From assembly GCF_009914755.1 (NCBI RefSeq), contig NC_060927.1: a stretch of 64,000 nucleotides of DNA; one strand, given 5' to 3'. The notes below the pieces were generated by a model. The model searched no databases. It was given only the letters and a program-made list of their open reading frames with translations, and was not told where the DNA came from. Shown in pieces: positions 1 through 13,349 of the stretch; within the stretch, counting starts at the first letter, position 1; every line of letters starts with the position of its first letter. Origin of the DNA: the human T2T-CHM13v2.0 reference genome, Homo sapiens. The position numbers were made by a program, and so were the translations under genes.

Positions 1-289
1 CAGGGAGGCTACCAGGAGAATCTATGTGGGAGATATGATATGGGAAATGCGGGGCTTGAACCTGTGGCAGAGGCAGCAAGAATGGTGGAGGTGGCCATAG
101 GTAGAAGGTAGACTTCGGGCTTGTTCATTGGCTTGGGGAGATACAAGTGAGAGAGAGAAGTTGAAGGAGTCTCCATCCTTTCCCACCTTCACCAGGGACT
201 CACTGGTACAGAAGAACCAAAGCTTCAGTAACCCAGTTTTAGGTCAGGATAATAGGAGGCATGATTTGTATTCCAGAGTTCCTCACGCA

Positions 290-468
290 ATCGGGCTGAA
301 GTCATCCTCCTTAGAACTTTGCCTAAAATCCCATCGTGATGGGCTTTTCCCCCTTCCCTGTCTTGCTTCCTTTACCTCCTTACAGGTTTATCCTGGGAGC
401 ACTTCCTTAATAAATCACTTGTATGTGAATCACTTGTTCCAGGGTCCCCTGAACCAACCCAAGATAAA
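290..468 (+). mobile_element. ERVL-class LTR 3' fragment (LTR16/LTR33-like)
   Basis: gagcacttccttaataaatcacttg...cccaagata resembles an ERVL LTR 3' end with poly(A) signal. Confidence 0.5.
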
Positions 469-499
469 GATTCGTTTTTATCTTAGGTAAATCAAATCC

Positions 500-897
500 A
501 GGTCTGGTGTGGCAGCTGCGTGATCGATGAGAGCCAAATCCCTTGTCTCTACTCTCCCATTCTTAGTGTGTGCCTATTCTTAGGTTGTCTCTTTATCGTA
601 AGATGGCTACGCTAGCTTCAGCCATTGTGTTCACATTCCAGGAAGCAGAAGAGAGTAAAGGGCAAAAGGATGCACCTACCCATTGAGGGAGCCTCCTTTA
701 AAACCCTTGGCCAACCCAGCCCTCCACCTCCCACCCCCACCATGGCCGTCTCAGTCATGGATATCTGCAAGTGAGACCGGGAAATGTGTGGCAGGAGTGT
801 TTTAATCTGGGCCCGTTGTCATCTCCTATAATAAAGTGGTCGATTGGTAAGGAAGAAAGGTGGAATGAGTACTGAGTATGCAGCAGTCTCTGCCACA
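500..897 (+). mobile_element. Old MaLR LTR (MLT1-like) fragment
   Basis: aagatggct...ttcacattccaggaagcagaag and terminal tctgccaca. Confidence 0.5.
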
Positions 898-949
898 AAA
901 GTTAAAACTGAAATTGAGAGTGTAGATCGTATCACCCTGGATGAGGAGG

Positions 950-1610
950 GGGAAGTATAGCAAAGTGGTTAAGGGTATAGGTTCTGGATTTAGACCTGGT
1001 TTTCAAACCCTTCCTTTGTGCTCATGTTTGCCTGATGTATGACTTGGGCCAATTACTAAGCCTCACTTTTCCCTTCTGAAAAATAAGGTTGGTGAAAATA
1101 GCTCAAAAGGTTGGCATGGGAATTTGCTGAGTCAAATATCATAATGAAACGTGTATTAATCTGTTTTTGCATTGCTATAAAGAAATACCTGAGACTGGGT
1201 AGTTTATTAGAAAAGAGGTTTAATTAGCTCATGGTTCTGCAGACATATAGGAAGCATGATGCTGGCATCTGCTCGGCTTCTGGGAAGGCTTCAGGAAACT
1301 TTGTCATGGTGGAAGGCAAAGGGAGTGCAGACTCATCTTACATGGCCAGAGTGGGAGCGAGAGAGAGAGTGGTGAGGTGCCACACACTTTTAAACAGCCA
1401 GATCTCGTGAGAACTCACTGTCACAATAACGGCACTAAGGTGATGGTGCGAAGCCATTCATGAAGGATCCACCCCTGTGATCCAATCACTTTCCACCAGG
1501 TCTCACCTCCAACACTGGGAATTACAATTCCACATGAGATTTGGGTGGAGATGCAGATCCAAACTATATCAAAACTCTTAGACTCAGCATAAGACCTGGT
1601 ATATATTATA
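950..1610 (+). mobile_element. MIR SINE split by the MST LTR
   Basis: gtggttaagggtatagg...tgacttgggc core; tail resumes after 1571. Confidence 0.55.
1152..1571 (+). mobile_element. MST (MaLR) solo LTR
   Basis: TGTATTAATC...AAACTATATCA termini; MST body; flanks aaacg/aaact form a near-perfect 5-bp TSD. Confidence 0.9.
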
Positions 1611-2965
1611 GTTAATTTTGGCCATTTTATGTATGAGGAGCTGGGGTGTCGGCTTAGAGATGTTTTTAAGAGCAGAGAGTGAACAGGCCTACAAGGACAG
1701 CAAGGCCAAGAGTAGGAGCTGGGGGTTGCAGGGAGGTGGATGCTTTGAGGGGAGGTGATGAAGAAGGTCGCATGGCACCAAGACTGGAGAGGATGAGGTC
1801 TGAGAAGTCAGTTGACTTTAGCATTTAGGTCACTGATGACCTTTGAGAGCATTGTGGTAGCATGGCAGTGGCGGAATGTTCTTAAGAAATCAGAAAGGTC
1901 AGGTATGGCTCTCATGTCGTAGATGAAGAACTATGGTGACTGTATGTTTTTCTTTGAAACTGGCCTAAGTGCAGCCTGCCCTGCCACTCCCACAACCACT
2001 CAACTGATGAAGGTGATACCAGAAATGAAATCAGATCCCCTGATTTATTGCAGGGGGTGGGGGCGTTTGCTGTGAATACCAGCAGCGGTTACAGAATTGT
2101 GACACGTCCAAATTACAGACAAATGCTCTTCTCAAAACTTCTCTGCACTTTGGAAAGCTCTGCATTTCACCGAGCTTAAGTTGCTATCTATGTATCTATA
2201 CTTCAGGTAAGTTTCTACAGCGAAATTTCCTGATGAGCCAAGAATTAAGCAAAAGTTCCTTAGAGTTTATTGTAAATGGTCTGACTTTATGGTAAAAAGC
2301 CAAGGCTTTTTACCATAAGATAAACTCTTTCCATGAGTTTTTCTTTCCTGCTTTTAAAGTATTAGTTTTTAAAAATGTTTATGTCTACTCTGTATTTATC
2401 ATCTTTGGTTCCAAATCGCAGACTTATTAGCTGAGTGAAGTAATAGTCTGTTCACTATATACAATGGTGTTTGTTGCTTTACTAATCACTTATTTAAAGC
2501 TAGCACGGTTGGAACATGGGGTTTATTTGTGTTTCAAAAGGCTTAGCAACTGGTGGTCACAGATGGGTTTTTAGTTATCTGAACCAGGTTGTTATTGTAA
2601 TAAAGGTATAAAGTGTCACCTTTTTGGTTTGAGGTCATATGGGTTATATGACTGCCTCTGCTAGAATCCTTTTAATTCTGGTAGATGGAACTGTCTTTCC
2701 TCCCTGAAATCTTAGCCTCTTGTGATCAGAGCTGCTCGTTAGCTGCTGGTCTTCCCACAGTCACCTTTCATTTGTATACCCTGGCAGTGTTTAAACCCCA
2801 ACTCCTCCATGCTCATTATATAGGGCAAGCCAGATGTCACTCCCTGGGGGAATAGGAATCTGGTTGTAATTCACATGGAAACAAGTTGACTTTATATTGT
2901 TTCTCTGGGTCAGTAAAAGTACGTCACCTTTTAGAGGCTGATAGTTTTAGTGTGTTGATATGTTA

Positions 2966-3335
2966 CCAGGGGTTTGCAGCTTACTGTATGTTCAGCAAAA
3001 GAGAGTTAGGATTGTAGAGCATTGAGTGAGTACATTTGCTCAGAGAGGACTGCGTGAGAAAAGGAACTATGTGGCCTGTCTGAAGGGGTCTTCTTATTCG
3101 CCTCCAGCTTCTTGCTGCCATGCAGAAATATGAGCCCCGTGGTGCCAAATCCTGGTTCATTTGTTTTGTTTGTTTTTTAAGGAAAAGATGTGGAGGTGGA
3201 TTTGAATGTGAAATTGCCCTCTTTTAAAAATAGTGGCAATTAATACCAGCCTGTTTAAAACATTGTGTAGGCCAGATAGAATGTTGTCTGTGAGCTGGAT
3301 TTGGCTTGAAGTCAACCAGCTGGCAAATTTTGCTT
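2966..3335 (+). mobile_element. MER102-like hAT-Charlie MITE
   Basis: atgtgaaattgccctc...aaaacattgtgtaggcca...gagctggatttggc matches the MER102 body. Confidence 0.55.
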
Positions 3336-4359
3336 AAGGTAATGTTTTTTAAATGAAGCTACTATTAGTCCAGTAAATATATCCAGATGTGCAGAACAGC
3401 AAGTAAGGTTTTATGGGGATTTGGGTGTATGTAGATGATGAAGACGTCATTTGAGCCCCCACGGAGACTGTAGTGTGGTAAGGAAATGACACAGTAATCC
3501 AAGGCCGTATAGAAGTATCCTAAGAGAGGGAAGACAAAAGGGTGTTGGAATTTCCCAAGTTGGAGAGATGACTTCTGGCTGGCATCACCGAGGGAAAGGG
3601 GCATTTGGGCTCCTCTGTGAAAGAGATGAGGCAAGGGGGCACATTCTAGGCACCAGGGAGTGTGCATCAAATTGTAGAAATGAGAGAGAAAGCAAGCTGT
3701 GTTTTGGAAGTGGTCAGTGACCCGGTTTGGCTAGAGGTAAAGTCCAGGTTAACTTTGATCTGGAAACTGCAACCTGGTGTGATATGTGATCCTATTTAGC
3801 CATTGTTCATTGCAGGTAACCTCCTAGCTTGGCAGACCATTCCTGGCTGTCTGGCCAGAGTTTAAAGTATACAGAGTCACAGTGGCCTTCTCACTAGTGT
3901 TCATGCCTGAACTTGGTTTTGCAAACATCTGTGGAGACCAATCCCATGTACTAGGAGGCAGATAGTATTAGAAGACTCAGATTCAGAGAGCTAGGTTGAT
4001 AAACCATCCTTCAGCTTTCCTGCGGTGTGATTCTGTGACTGAGTGCCTGCTGAGTCTTCCGTTTCCTGCGTCTTATTGGTTGGCACATGGCATGGGCCTT
4101 TAGCACCTATGCAGGGTCTATGGGGCCTTGCATGGCTAGAACTTTAGTGCTTCCTCTCAGTTAAAATTTGTACCATCCTTCCCCTCTCCCCTGGTTGAAA
4201 GGAAGCAAATCCTCCTCTGTGACCTGTCATTGGCTTCTGTGCATGTCATATGGTAGTAATCTCTTTAACCAGGATGTGTGATACTTGAGTGTAGCAAGGA
4301 GGTCCTCTCCTCACTTAGGGGAGACCCTTGTTTGAACAGAGAATTAAAAAATAAAGGCA

Positions 4360-4650
4360 GGCTGGGTGCAGTGGCTCACGCCTATAATCTCAGCACTTTG
4401 GGAGAATGAAGTGGGTGAATCAGTTGAGCCCAGAAGTTTGAGACCAGCCTGGGCAATGCAGTGAGACCCCGTCTCTACAAAAAAATACAAAAATTAGCTG
4501 GGTGTGGTGGTGGGTGCCTGTGATCCCAGCTACTCGGTGGGGCCGAGACAGGAGGATTGCTTGAGCTCGGGAGGTTGAGGTTGCAGTGAGCCATGATCAC
4601 ACCACTGCACTTCAGCCTGGGAGATGGAGCTAGACCCTGTCTTAAAAAAA
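4360..4650 (+). mobile_element. Alu (AluJ-like)
   Basis: Dimeric Alu with A-rich linker and tail. Confidence 0.95.
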
Positions 4651-5109
4651 ATGCAGAAAAGTTTTAGGAAATATGGTTATCACTTCTGCCTTTAAGATGT
4701 TCATAAGTGGCTGAGTTATATATTAAAGGCTCTGTGAAGTCTTGCAATAAAGAAATTGTCCCAACTTTGTCCCAATGTAGTTTTCCAAAATTATACCTAA
4801 AAATTTGGGCTCTAAATCAGAGTGTTTCAATTCAGGTGCAATTTTATGTCATTTCCTGAACTTCTCTGAATCTCACTTTACTCTGAGAACATCGTCAAAC
4901 CCACTGGGTGTCCCGGTACCTCTCACAGTGGCCATATCCACTATTTTTCCTCTTTTGTACAGTGTGGCTTCCAGAACTAAAGGTCATATTCTAGGTGTGG
5001 TCTATAGTGCACAGGATCATTACTGATGAGCTTTTTTTTTTTTTTCATCTTTTCTGGCTATCACCTAATTTTGGGAAAAACCTATTGAAATGTTCTCACT
5101 TGGAGACTA

Positions 5110-5290
5110 ATATTGAGAATACTTACTGAGGGTTTCCTATGGGTAAAATATTTCATTTTTACTACAGTCCTCAGATGGGGATCCTTTATTGTTAGTCCCG
5201 GTTTGCTGATATGGATATGGGATCTCAGAGAGGTTGAATATGTTGCCTGCGGTCACAGAGCTAGTAACCACAGAGCCTGTGTTCATGGCC
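5110..5290 (-). mobile_element. MIR
   Basis: ctcagagaggttgaatatgttgcctgcggtcacagagctagtaa core. Confidence 0.6.
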
Positions 5291-5299
5291 TTCACTCTC

Positions 5300-5620
5300 T
5301 GTAGCTGCAAATCAGCAGCTCATAGGCTGACTCCTGCTCACGCTTGTTTTTTGTTTAACTTGCACAGTGTTTTAAAATCTGAGTTAATTGGTTTACCCTT
5401 ACAGTTTGGGAGATTTTACATAAAAAACAAATTTCTGGCTTTTGGGGGAAAATGCAGAAAATCTAGCCACAGTGGATTAGCATTGCCAGATGACAACAAG
5501 TGTCAGAAACTAAGTAAAGCTTTCTTCTTTTGAGGGGAGAAGGACTTTTACAGTCTTGCCAACATCCTACTTCCTTTGGTCCTCACCTTACAGTTCTTGA
5601 GTGATGGCTGTAGGCAGTTG
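5300..5620 (-). mobile_element. MER102-like MITE, reverse orientation
   Basis: gcacagtgttttaaaa...gggagattttacataaaaa is the reverse complement of the 2966 element body. Confidence 0.5.
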
Positions 5621-6506
5621 GGTTTGTGATGCTGTACTTGATTGATGAAAACTGGGAACAAGAGAAGCAGTGAACTCTAAACGTGAAAATGGTTGAATGA
5701 AGGACCTTGGTTGCAGCAAGCCTTCCCCTACTCCGACAGTGGCTGCTGTTTTTGCAGCTGAGTTCTGCAGTGTGTTGGACTTGACTTCCCTGATACCAGC
5801 AGGAGGCACATGTGTGATATACTCTCCACTGGATCAGTCTTGGAGTGGACAGTGTCAGGTTGGAGTGTCAATATGTAGGGTGTTGGATATAGTTGTCAGT
5901 TTTGACGTATGTATGAAACCGTGAAACTCACCACAGGATAATGAAGATCTTAGTCTCTCCCAGAAGTCTCCTCCTGCCCATTGGTTGTCCCTACTCCCTC
6001 CTTCCTACACTGGTACATGCCCCCAGGAAGCCTGATGTGCTTTATCGCTGTTATTTGCATTTCCTAGCATTGTATGTACAAATGGAATTGTACAGCAAGT
6101 CTTCTCTTTTGCCCGAGCTCTTTCACATAGCATAAGTATGTTACAATACATTTGTGTTGTATGCATCAATAGTTTATTTAGTCTTTTTGTCTTTTTTAAA
6201 AATTTTACCTCTGTGGCATTGTTTCATTGCATACCACAGTTTCCACTCAAGGCAGATTTTTGGACATGCTGGCCCCCAGTTTCTGGTACCCACAGCCATT
6301 CATTCTACACATCCCTCAAGTTCCCTTGTGAATTAGAACTGGTGTTGAGGATTTCTGTGGTCGTGTATTGATTCTGTGATTCTAAGGAGATTCCGAGCCC
6401 CAGGTTTTGTTGTGGGTGGTCTTGCTGGGGATACTGTGGATGGGCTCTTTGAGGGCCCACAGGCTGGAGCTCGGAAAGGGTACCATCTCTACGGACCTTC
6501 CTGTTT

Positions 6507-6548
6507 TGTGTGTGTGTGTGTGCGTGTTTGTGTGTGTGTCTGTGTCTG
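6507..6548. repeat. (TG)n microsatellite, interrupted
   Basis: Seen directly. Confidence 0.95.
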
Positions 6549-7260
6549 TTTTGAGAAGAATTTAAATAGCTTTAATTTTTCGCCTCTAAATTGAGAACAT
6601 TTTCCTGGCATTTGTCAAATATATGTGAATGTTTGTGTCTTCTACGTAAAATGATAGTCCGTGGACTGTTTAGTAACTGTAATGTGGGGATTATGGTGTG
6701 AAGGGTGGCATTTTGGGAATGTGAAGTTGATGGTAGACATATTCCTTGGGAGGTCAGGATTGGGTCACATGAGCTAATTTCCTGTCGCTCTAAAATTGAT
6801 TCACTCCCCACCCCCAACAAGGGCGACTCCCACAGAATGTCAGTAGCCATCAGACAATGCAGGAATGGAGAAATAAAAATATGAGCACTATTTAATTTGT
6901 TGATTGTGTGGGGACAACTCATGACAGCACACCATGATTTTTGTGTTGTTCAGAGATATTCATTCATTGTTAAGTTGCATTTCTTCCTGGAGTAAATTAA
7001 TTCTTTTCAGAAAGTAAATATTTTCTGAGTAAATAATTGAGGAATTCTGTTCTTCTTTTGTTAGTGGTGGTGGGCTGTGGAGAGGGTTTGGTAGACATGA
7101 ATCACCTGTTAGATGTAAAGGGGAAGGAAACCCATAATTTATGGTCAATTGATTTTTCAACATAGATATCAGAACAATTAAATGGGGAAAAATATTCTTT
7201 TTTTTTTTTTTTTTTTGGCACTGGGGCAACTGGATTTCCACATGCAAAAAAGTAAAGTTG

Positions 7261-7536
7261 AGCCAGGCTCATTGGCTCCTGCCTGTAATCCCAGTACTTT
7301 GGGAGGCCAAGGTGGGAGAATCACTTGAGCCCAGGAGTTCGAACCCAGCCTGGGCAACATGGTGAAACCCTATGTGTGCAAAAAATACAAAAATTAGCCA
7401 GGCATGGTTGCATACACCTGTAGTCCCAGCTACTCGGGAGGCTGAGGTGGGAGGATCACCTGAGCCCAGGAGGTCGAGGCTGCACTGCACTGTAGCCTGG
7501 GCAATGGAGTGAGACCCTGTCTCAAAAAAAAAAAAA
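7261..7536 (+). mobile_element. AluJ-like, inside L1
   Basis: Alu body and poly(A). Confidence 0.93.
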
Positions 7537-8258
7537 GTGTTGAACACCTACCTCACACTGTATGCAAAAGTTAACTCAAAATGAATCAAAGCTCTAAATA
7601 TAAGAGCTAAAACTATACACCTCCTAGAAGAAAACATAGGTGTAAATCTTCATGGTCCTGAATTGGGTGACAGGTTCTTAATATGACACCAACAGCATAA
7701 GCAATAAAAGAAAATTAGATAAATTGCACTTCGTCAAAATTAAAACCTTTCCTGCTTCAAAGGATACTGTCTAGTGAAGAGACAACTCATAGAAAAGTAG
7801 ACAATACTTTCAATTTTTTTTATGATATGGGACCAGTATATAGAGTATATAAAGACTTCTCACAGCTCAATAGTAAAAGACAAATAGCCCAGTTTAAAAA
7901 TAGGAAAAAGATTTGAATAGACGTTTCTCCAAAGAAAACATATAAATGGCTAATAAGCACATGCAGAAATGTTCAGTAGCATTAGTCATTAGGGAAATGC
8001 AAATCAAAATCACAGTGAGAAATCCCTAGGATGGCTAGAGTAAAAAAGATGTACAATAATAAGCAGTGGTGAGAATGTGGAGAAATGGCAACTCTCACAC
8101 ATTGCTGGCAGGATTGAAAATGACACAACCACTTTGTAAAAGTTAGGCAATTCCTCAAAAGGTTAAACATAGAGTTACTATATGATTCAGCAGTTTCACT
8201 CCTTAGGGATATACCCAAATGAATTGAAAACATACGTCTACATAAAAACTTGTACACG

Positions 8259-8568
8259 AGCCAGGTGCACCTATTTACACCTACAATTTCAGCACTTTGG
8301 GAGGCCAAGGTGGGTGGATTGCTTGGGCCCAGGAGTTTGAGACTAGCCTAGGCAACATGGCAAAACCCTGTCTCTGCTAACAACAACAACAACAAAAAAT
8401 TAGCCAGGCATGGTGTTGTGCACCTGTAGTCCCAGCTATTCAGGAGACTGAGGTGGGAGAATGACCCGGGCCTAGGAGGTCAAGGCTGCAGTGAGCTGAC
8501 ATTGCACCATTGCACTCTAGCCTGGGTAATGGGAGTGAGAACCTCTCAGAAAAAAAAAAAAAAAAAAA
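8259..8568 (+). mobile_element. AluJ-like, inside L1
   Basis: Alu body; TSD aaaacttgtaca on both sides. Confidence 0.93.
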
Positions 8569-9239
8569 CTTGTACATAAACATTTATAGCAACATTATTC
8601 ATCGTAGCTAAAAAGTAGAAACAACTCAAATGTCCATCAGCTAATAAGTGGATTTTAAAAAGGGTTGTAGACACACAGTGGAATATTATTCAGTCATAAA
8701 AAGGAATGAAGTGCCAGTACCTGCTACAACATGCATGAACCTTGCAAACCTCGTGCTAAGTGAAAGAAGCCTGTCACAAAAAGGCTACCTATTTTGTGAT
8801 TCTATTTATGTAAAATACCGAGAATTCATAGAGACAGACACTAGATAACTGGGCTCTTGAGAGAAGGGGAGAATGGGGAGTGACTATTAATGGGTATAGG
8901 ATGTTTTTGTGGGGGATAATGCAAATGTTCTGGAATTCGATAGTGGTGGTGGTACCAATCTGTGGATTTTCTAAAAACTGCTGAGTTGTACTCTGAATTT
9001 TGTTGGATGTGAACAATATCTCAATAAAAATGACTACATGTAAAAAATGTTCAAGCTTACTGGTAACAAAATATATGCAGATGAAACAACAGGCATCAAA
9101 TAAAATAATAAAACATCCACTTTTGACTACAAAACAAATGAAAAAAGTGATAAAGGGGAAGGAAATAAGGCAAGACTTGCTTTTTAGATGACAGGCATTT
9201 TTTATTTTGTTTTTTTTACAGTCAGCTATAATTTTTAAA

Positions 9240-10165
<926 letters not shown>

Positions 10166-10883
10166 TGTACATTGGGTGAGTTTTCAGATGTGTCTGAGGA
10201 TATGTTTTAGGTGAGAGGCACATACATTTAACAGAGGTTATGGAAGACTTATGTGCTGGCAAGGCTCTTTGGAACACAGTGATGAGTAAGATGCTGGACC
10301 TATGCTTGTGGGCTTTCGTGGAGTTGTGGAGGTGGAAGGGAGGTCAGGTAGGCAGGATGGAAGTCAGGAGTCTCTGCTGAGGCACCAAGATGTAAAGCAT
10401 GTCCCATTCCTGAGGATGGGTCAAGGTATTTATAAAGGTGTTAGCTGAAAAAGTTACAACTGTATTACTTGGAGAACTGTCTATGTGTCTCCTTTGCTTA
10501 GGGAGGGATGGGGTGTTCAATTCTGATGTGGGATCAGCGAGGAGATGAGCTATCTGGCTGCAATGACAAGCAATGTAAAGGAGCATTTCAGCTAATTTGG
10601 CATCAGTTTGCCTGAGAAAGGAATTCATGACTCTTTCATGGACACGCATGGGCCGTGTGTGAATGAACTGGTGTGGGGTCATCTTAGCTGGGAAGGGGCC
10701 CTGCGCAGAAGAGAACCTAGGGGTGGAGCTTAGGATCTGCAGTAGTTGGGGAGGACCTGTGACTACCAGAATAGAGATCTTTCCCCCTGAAGAGGGAATG
10801 CAGAGAGAGGCCTCTAGCAATGGCAGGCTTATGTCCAAAATGCCTATGGAAATGCCAGCAAGAACAGATGGACAGCATCGTGA

Positions 10884-11270
<387 letters not shown>

Positions 11271-11289
11271 CTATAGTTTTTTAAATGGG

Positions 11290-11765
11290 GGACCACATAT
11301 TATTTTAAAATGTCCTGGTCATGAAAGACAGAGAACAGCTATAAAAAACATGGCAACTGACTGCAGTACCTGATCCTAAGCCAGATACTGATTGGAGGGT
11401 AGAAAGTGTCAGAAAGGACATTGTCTGGTCAAATGACAAAATGGGAATGTGAACCATAGATAAGATAAAAGCATAGGATCAGTATTAGATTTGCTGAAGT
11501 TGATAGTAGTGCTGGGGTCATATCAGAGAATTGTCCTATTTTTAGCAAATGGACACTGAAATACGGGCATGATATATGTGACTAACTCTAAAATGGTTCA
11601 GGAAGTTATTTTGTATGTATGTATTATACATGCAGAAAGAATATGAATGATCAAGCAGCTGTGTAAAAGGTTAGCAAAAGGTGACTTGGTATAGAGTGGT
11701 CCATGTACCATTTCTCTTGCAACTTCTGTAAATTTGCAGTTGTCTCCAAACAAATATGTAAGAAA
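11290..11765 (+). mobile_element. Old L1M (MC/ME-type) 3'UTR
   Basis: catggcaactgactgcag...aaaggacatt...taactctaaaatggttcag...ttcttgcaacttctgtaaatttg. Confidence 0.7.
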
Positions 11766-12406
11766 AAATGACCATGAGTGCCCAGCTTTCAGCATCTATC
11801 GCTGAGGCCTAGAGTGTGAAGCTGGCGTGATTCCACTGGCCTTTCCTGGTCTTCTGGTTGTTCTCCTCTCTCCACATCCTCTGCCTCCTCCAAGGTGAAA
11901 TCAGAAAGTGAAGTAGGCAACAGGGAGTGGGGCCGACATCAGACAGGAAAGAGAGAAGGGATCGTGGGGAGGAAAAATCTTAGCTTTGGCTGTCAGGTGG
12001 GTCTAAATTATTTTAATTGGATCATTACCATTTGCAACAGTTTCCAGAGGCTTGATCAACTTTTTCTTTTCCCAAATCCAGGAGCAGGGGAAAGAGCCTT
12101 CCCCACTGAATAAATTTTAAAACAACAGTGGAAGACAAATATGTTTTCTGATTATGTCATACAGGTTCTTAATGGTCACCATACCCATTGCACAGACAAA
12201 TTCTAGGGCAGTACTAGAATGAAGGTAGTGTTTGGGATTCTGGAGGAGGCAGTGACGAACCCTGTGTGGTAGGGTGGAGTAGGATGGAGGACAAAAAAGT
12301 CTTCCTTTGGCAGTGGAACTTTGAGGGTGAGCTTACAGCAGGATAGATGAAGGGTGTCCCAGGTAGAAAATGGCACTGATGCTGCTGGTAACATGGGAAT
12401 ACAATT

Positions 12407-12866
12407 TGTAAACCAAAAGGTATCTGAGGCAGGTCTCAATCAGTGTGAAAGTTTATTTTACCAAGGTTAAGGTGATGCCTGGAAGGAAAAAAAAGAAACA
12501 AACACAGAATCACAGAAATAGTCTGTGGTCCTTGCCTTTCTCCAGAGATGATTTTGAGGACTTTGGTATATAAAAGGCAAGAGTGTGCTGGAGGGGAGGC
12601 AGGGAGGGTATGGTAAAACACATGTTGCAAGGGAAAAGGAGCAGGTAGCGGAATGTTAATTATGTATTCGTCTCATGCTCAGCCTCATGCACTTTACATA
12701 AGATAAAGTGAACATAGAGTAGCTACCTGTGGAGATATTTAACCTTTTATCTGTAGCTATCTGCTTAGGAATAGGAGGAAAGGCTCTTGCATGACTCAGC
12801 TTTCAGGTTAATTTTTTTCCTTTTTGGCATAATAAATTGGGGTCCGAGTTTTTATTTTCTTTCACA
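12407..12866 (-). mobile_element. MER4-group ERV1 solo LTR
   Basis: tgtaaacc...gaaagtttattttaccaaggttaagg...ttttctttcaca; flanks aatt/agtt. Confidence 0.85.
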
Positions 12867-13179
12867 AGTTTCTGGCAGAGGGAAGGAAAAACTTGGGAAA
12901 GGCACAGAAGAGTGCTGCATGGTTTACATTTGTGAGACCTGTTGTGAATTTGGAATGGCTGGAGTGAAGTATTCATGGGGGAGATGTTTTAAAGGAATGA
13001 AACTGGAGAAGTGCAGGGGCCACGTGAGAAGTCTGACATTCCTGGCTAATATTCTTTCTACCACACCAAACAACAATAATATCGAAGGCCTCTGGATATT
13101 TTCATGGGTGAGCTGTTACAGATGTGTCCCGTCAGCACTTGGGAATCACCCTGATTGCTGGCAGTGACTTGAGTCCTAG

Positions 13180-13322
13180 AACCTTGTTGCTCAGTGTGGT
13201 CTCAGACCAGCAGCTTGTTAGAAATGCAGTCTCAGACCCCACCCAGACTTGCTGCATCAGAGTCTGCATTTTAACAGGATCTCTAGATGATTTGACTGCA
13301 CACTAAAGTTTGAGAAGCGCTG
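13180..13322. mobile_element. MER5A hAT MITE
   Basis: gcttgttagaaatgcag...cactaaagtttgagaagcgctg. Confidence 0.85.
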
Positions 13323-13349
13323 TTGTTAGAATTCAGTTATCCTGCAGGT

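Larger units (their letters stand above)
7130..9030 (+). mobile_element. L1M (L1MB-like) ORF2 3' end and 3'UTR, interrupted by two Alus
   Basis: ctcctagaagaaaacatagg, gggaaatgcaaatcaaaa, gaatattattcagtcataaaaaggaatgaa; terminal ctcaataaaaa. Confidence 0.9.

Noticed and set aside
5796-5809. Second CTCF-like motif CCAGCAGGAGGCAC
   Set aside because: Mismatch at a core G/T position and no other support
7130-9030. L1 ORF2 as an active coding sequence
   Set aside because: 5'-truncated, disrupted by stops and two Alu insertions
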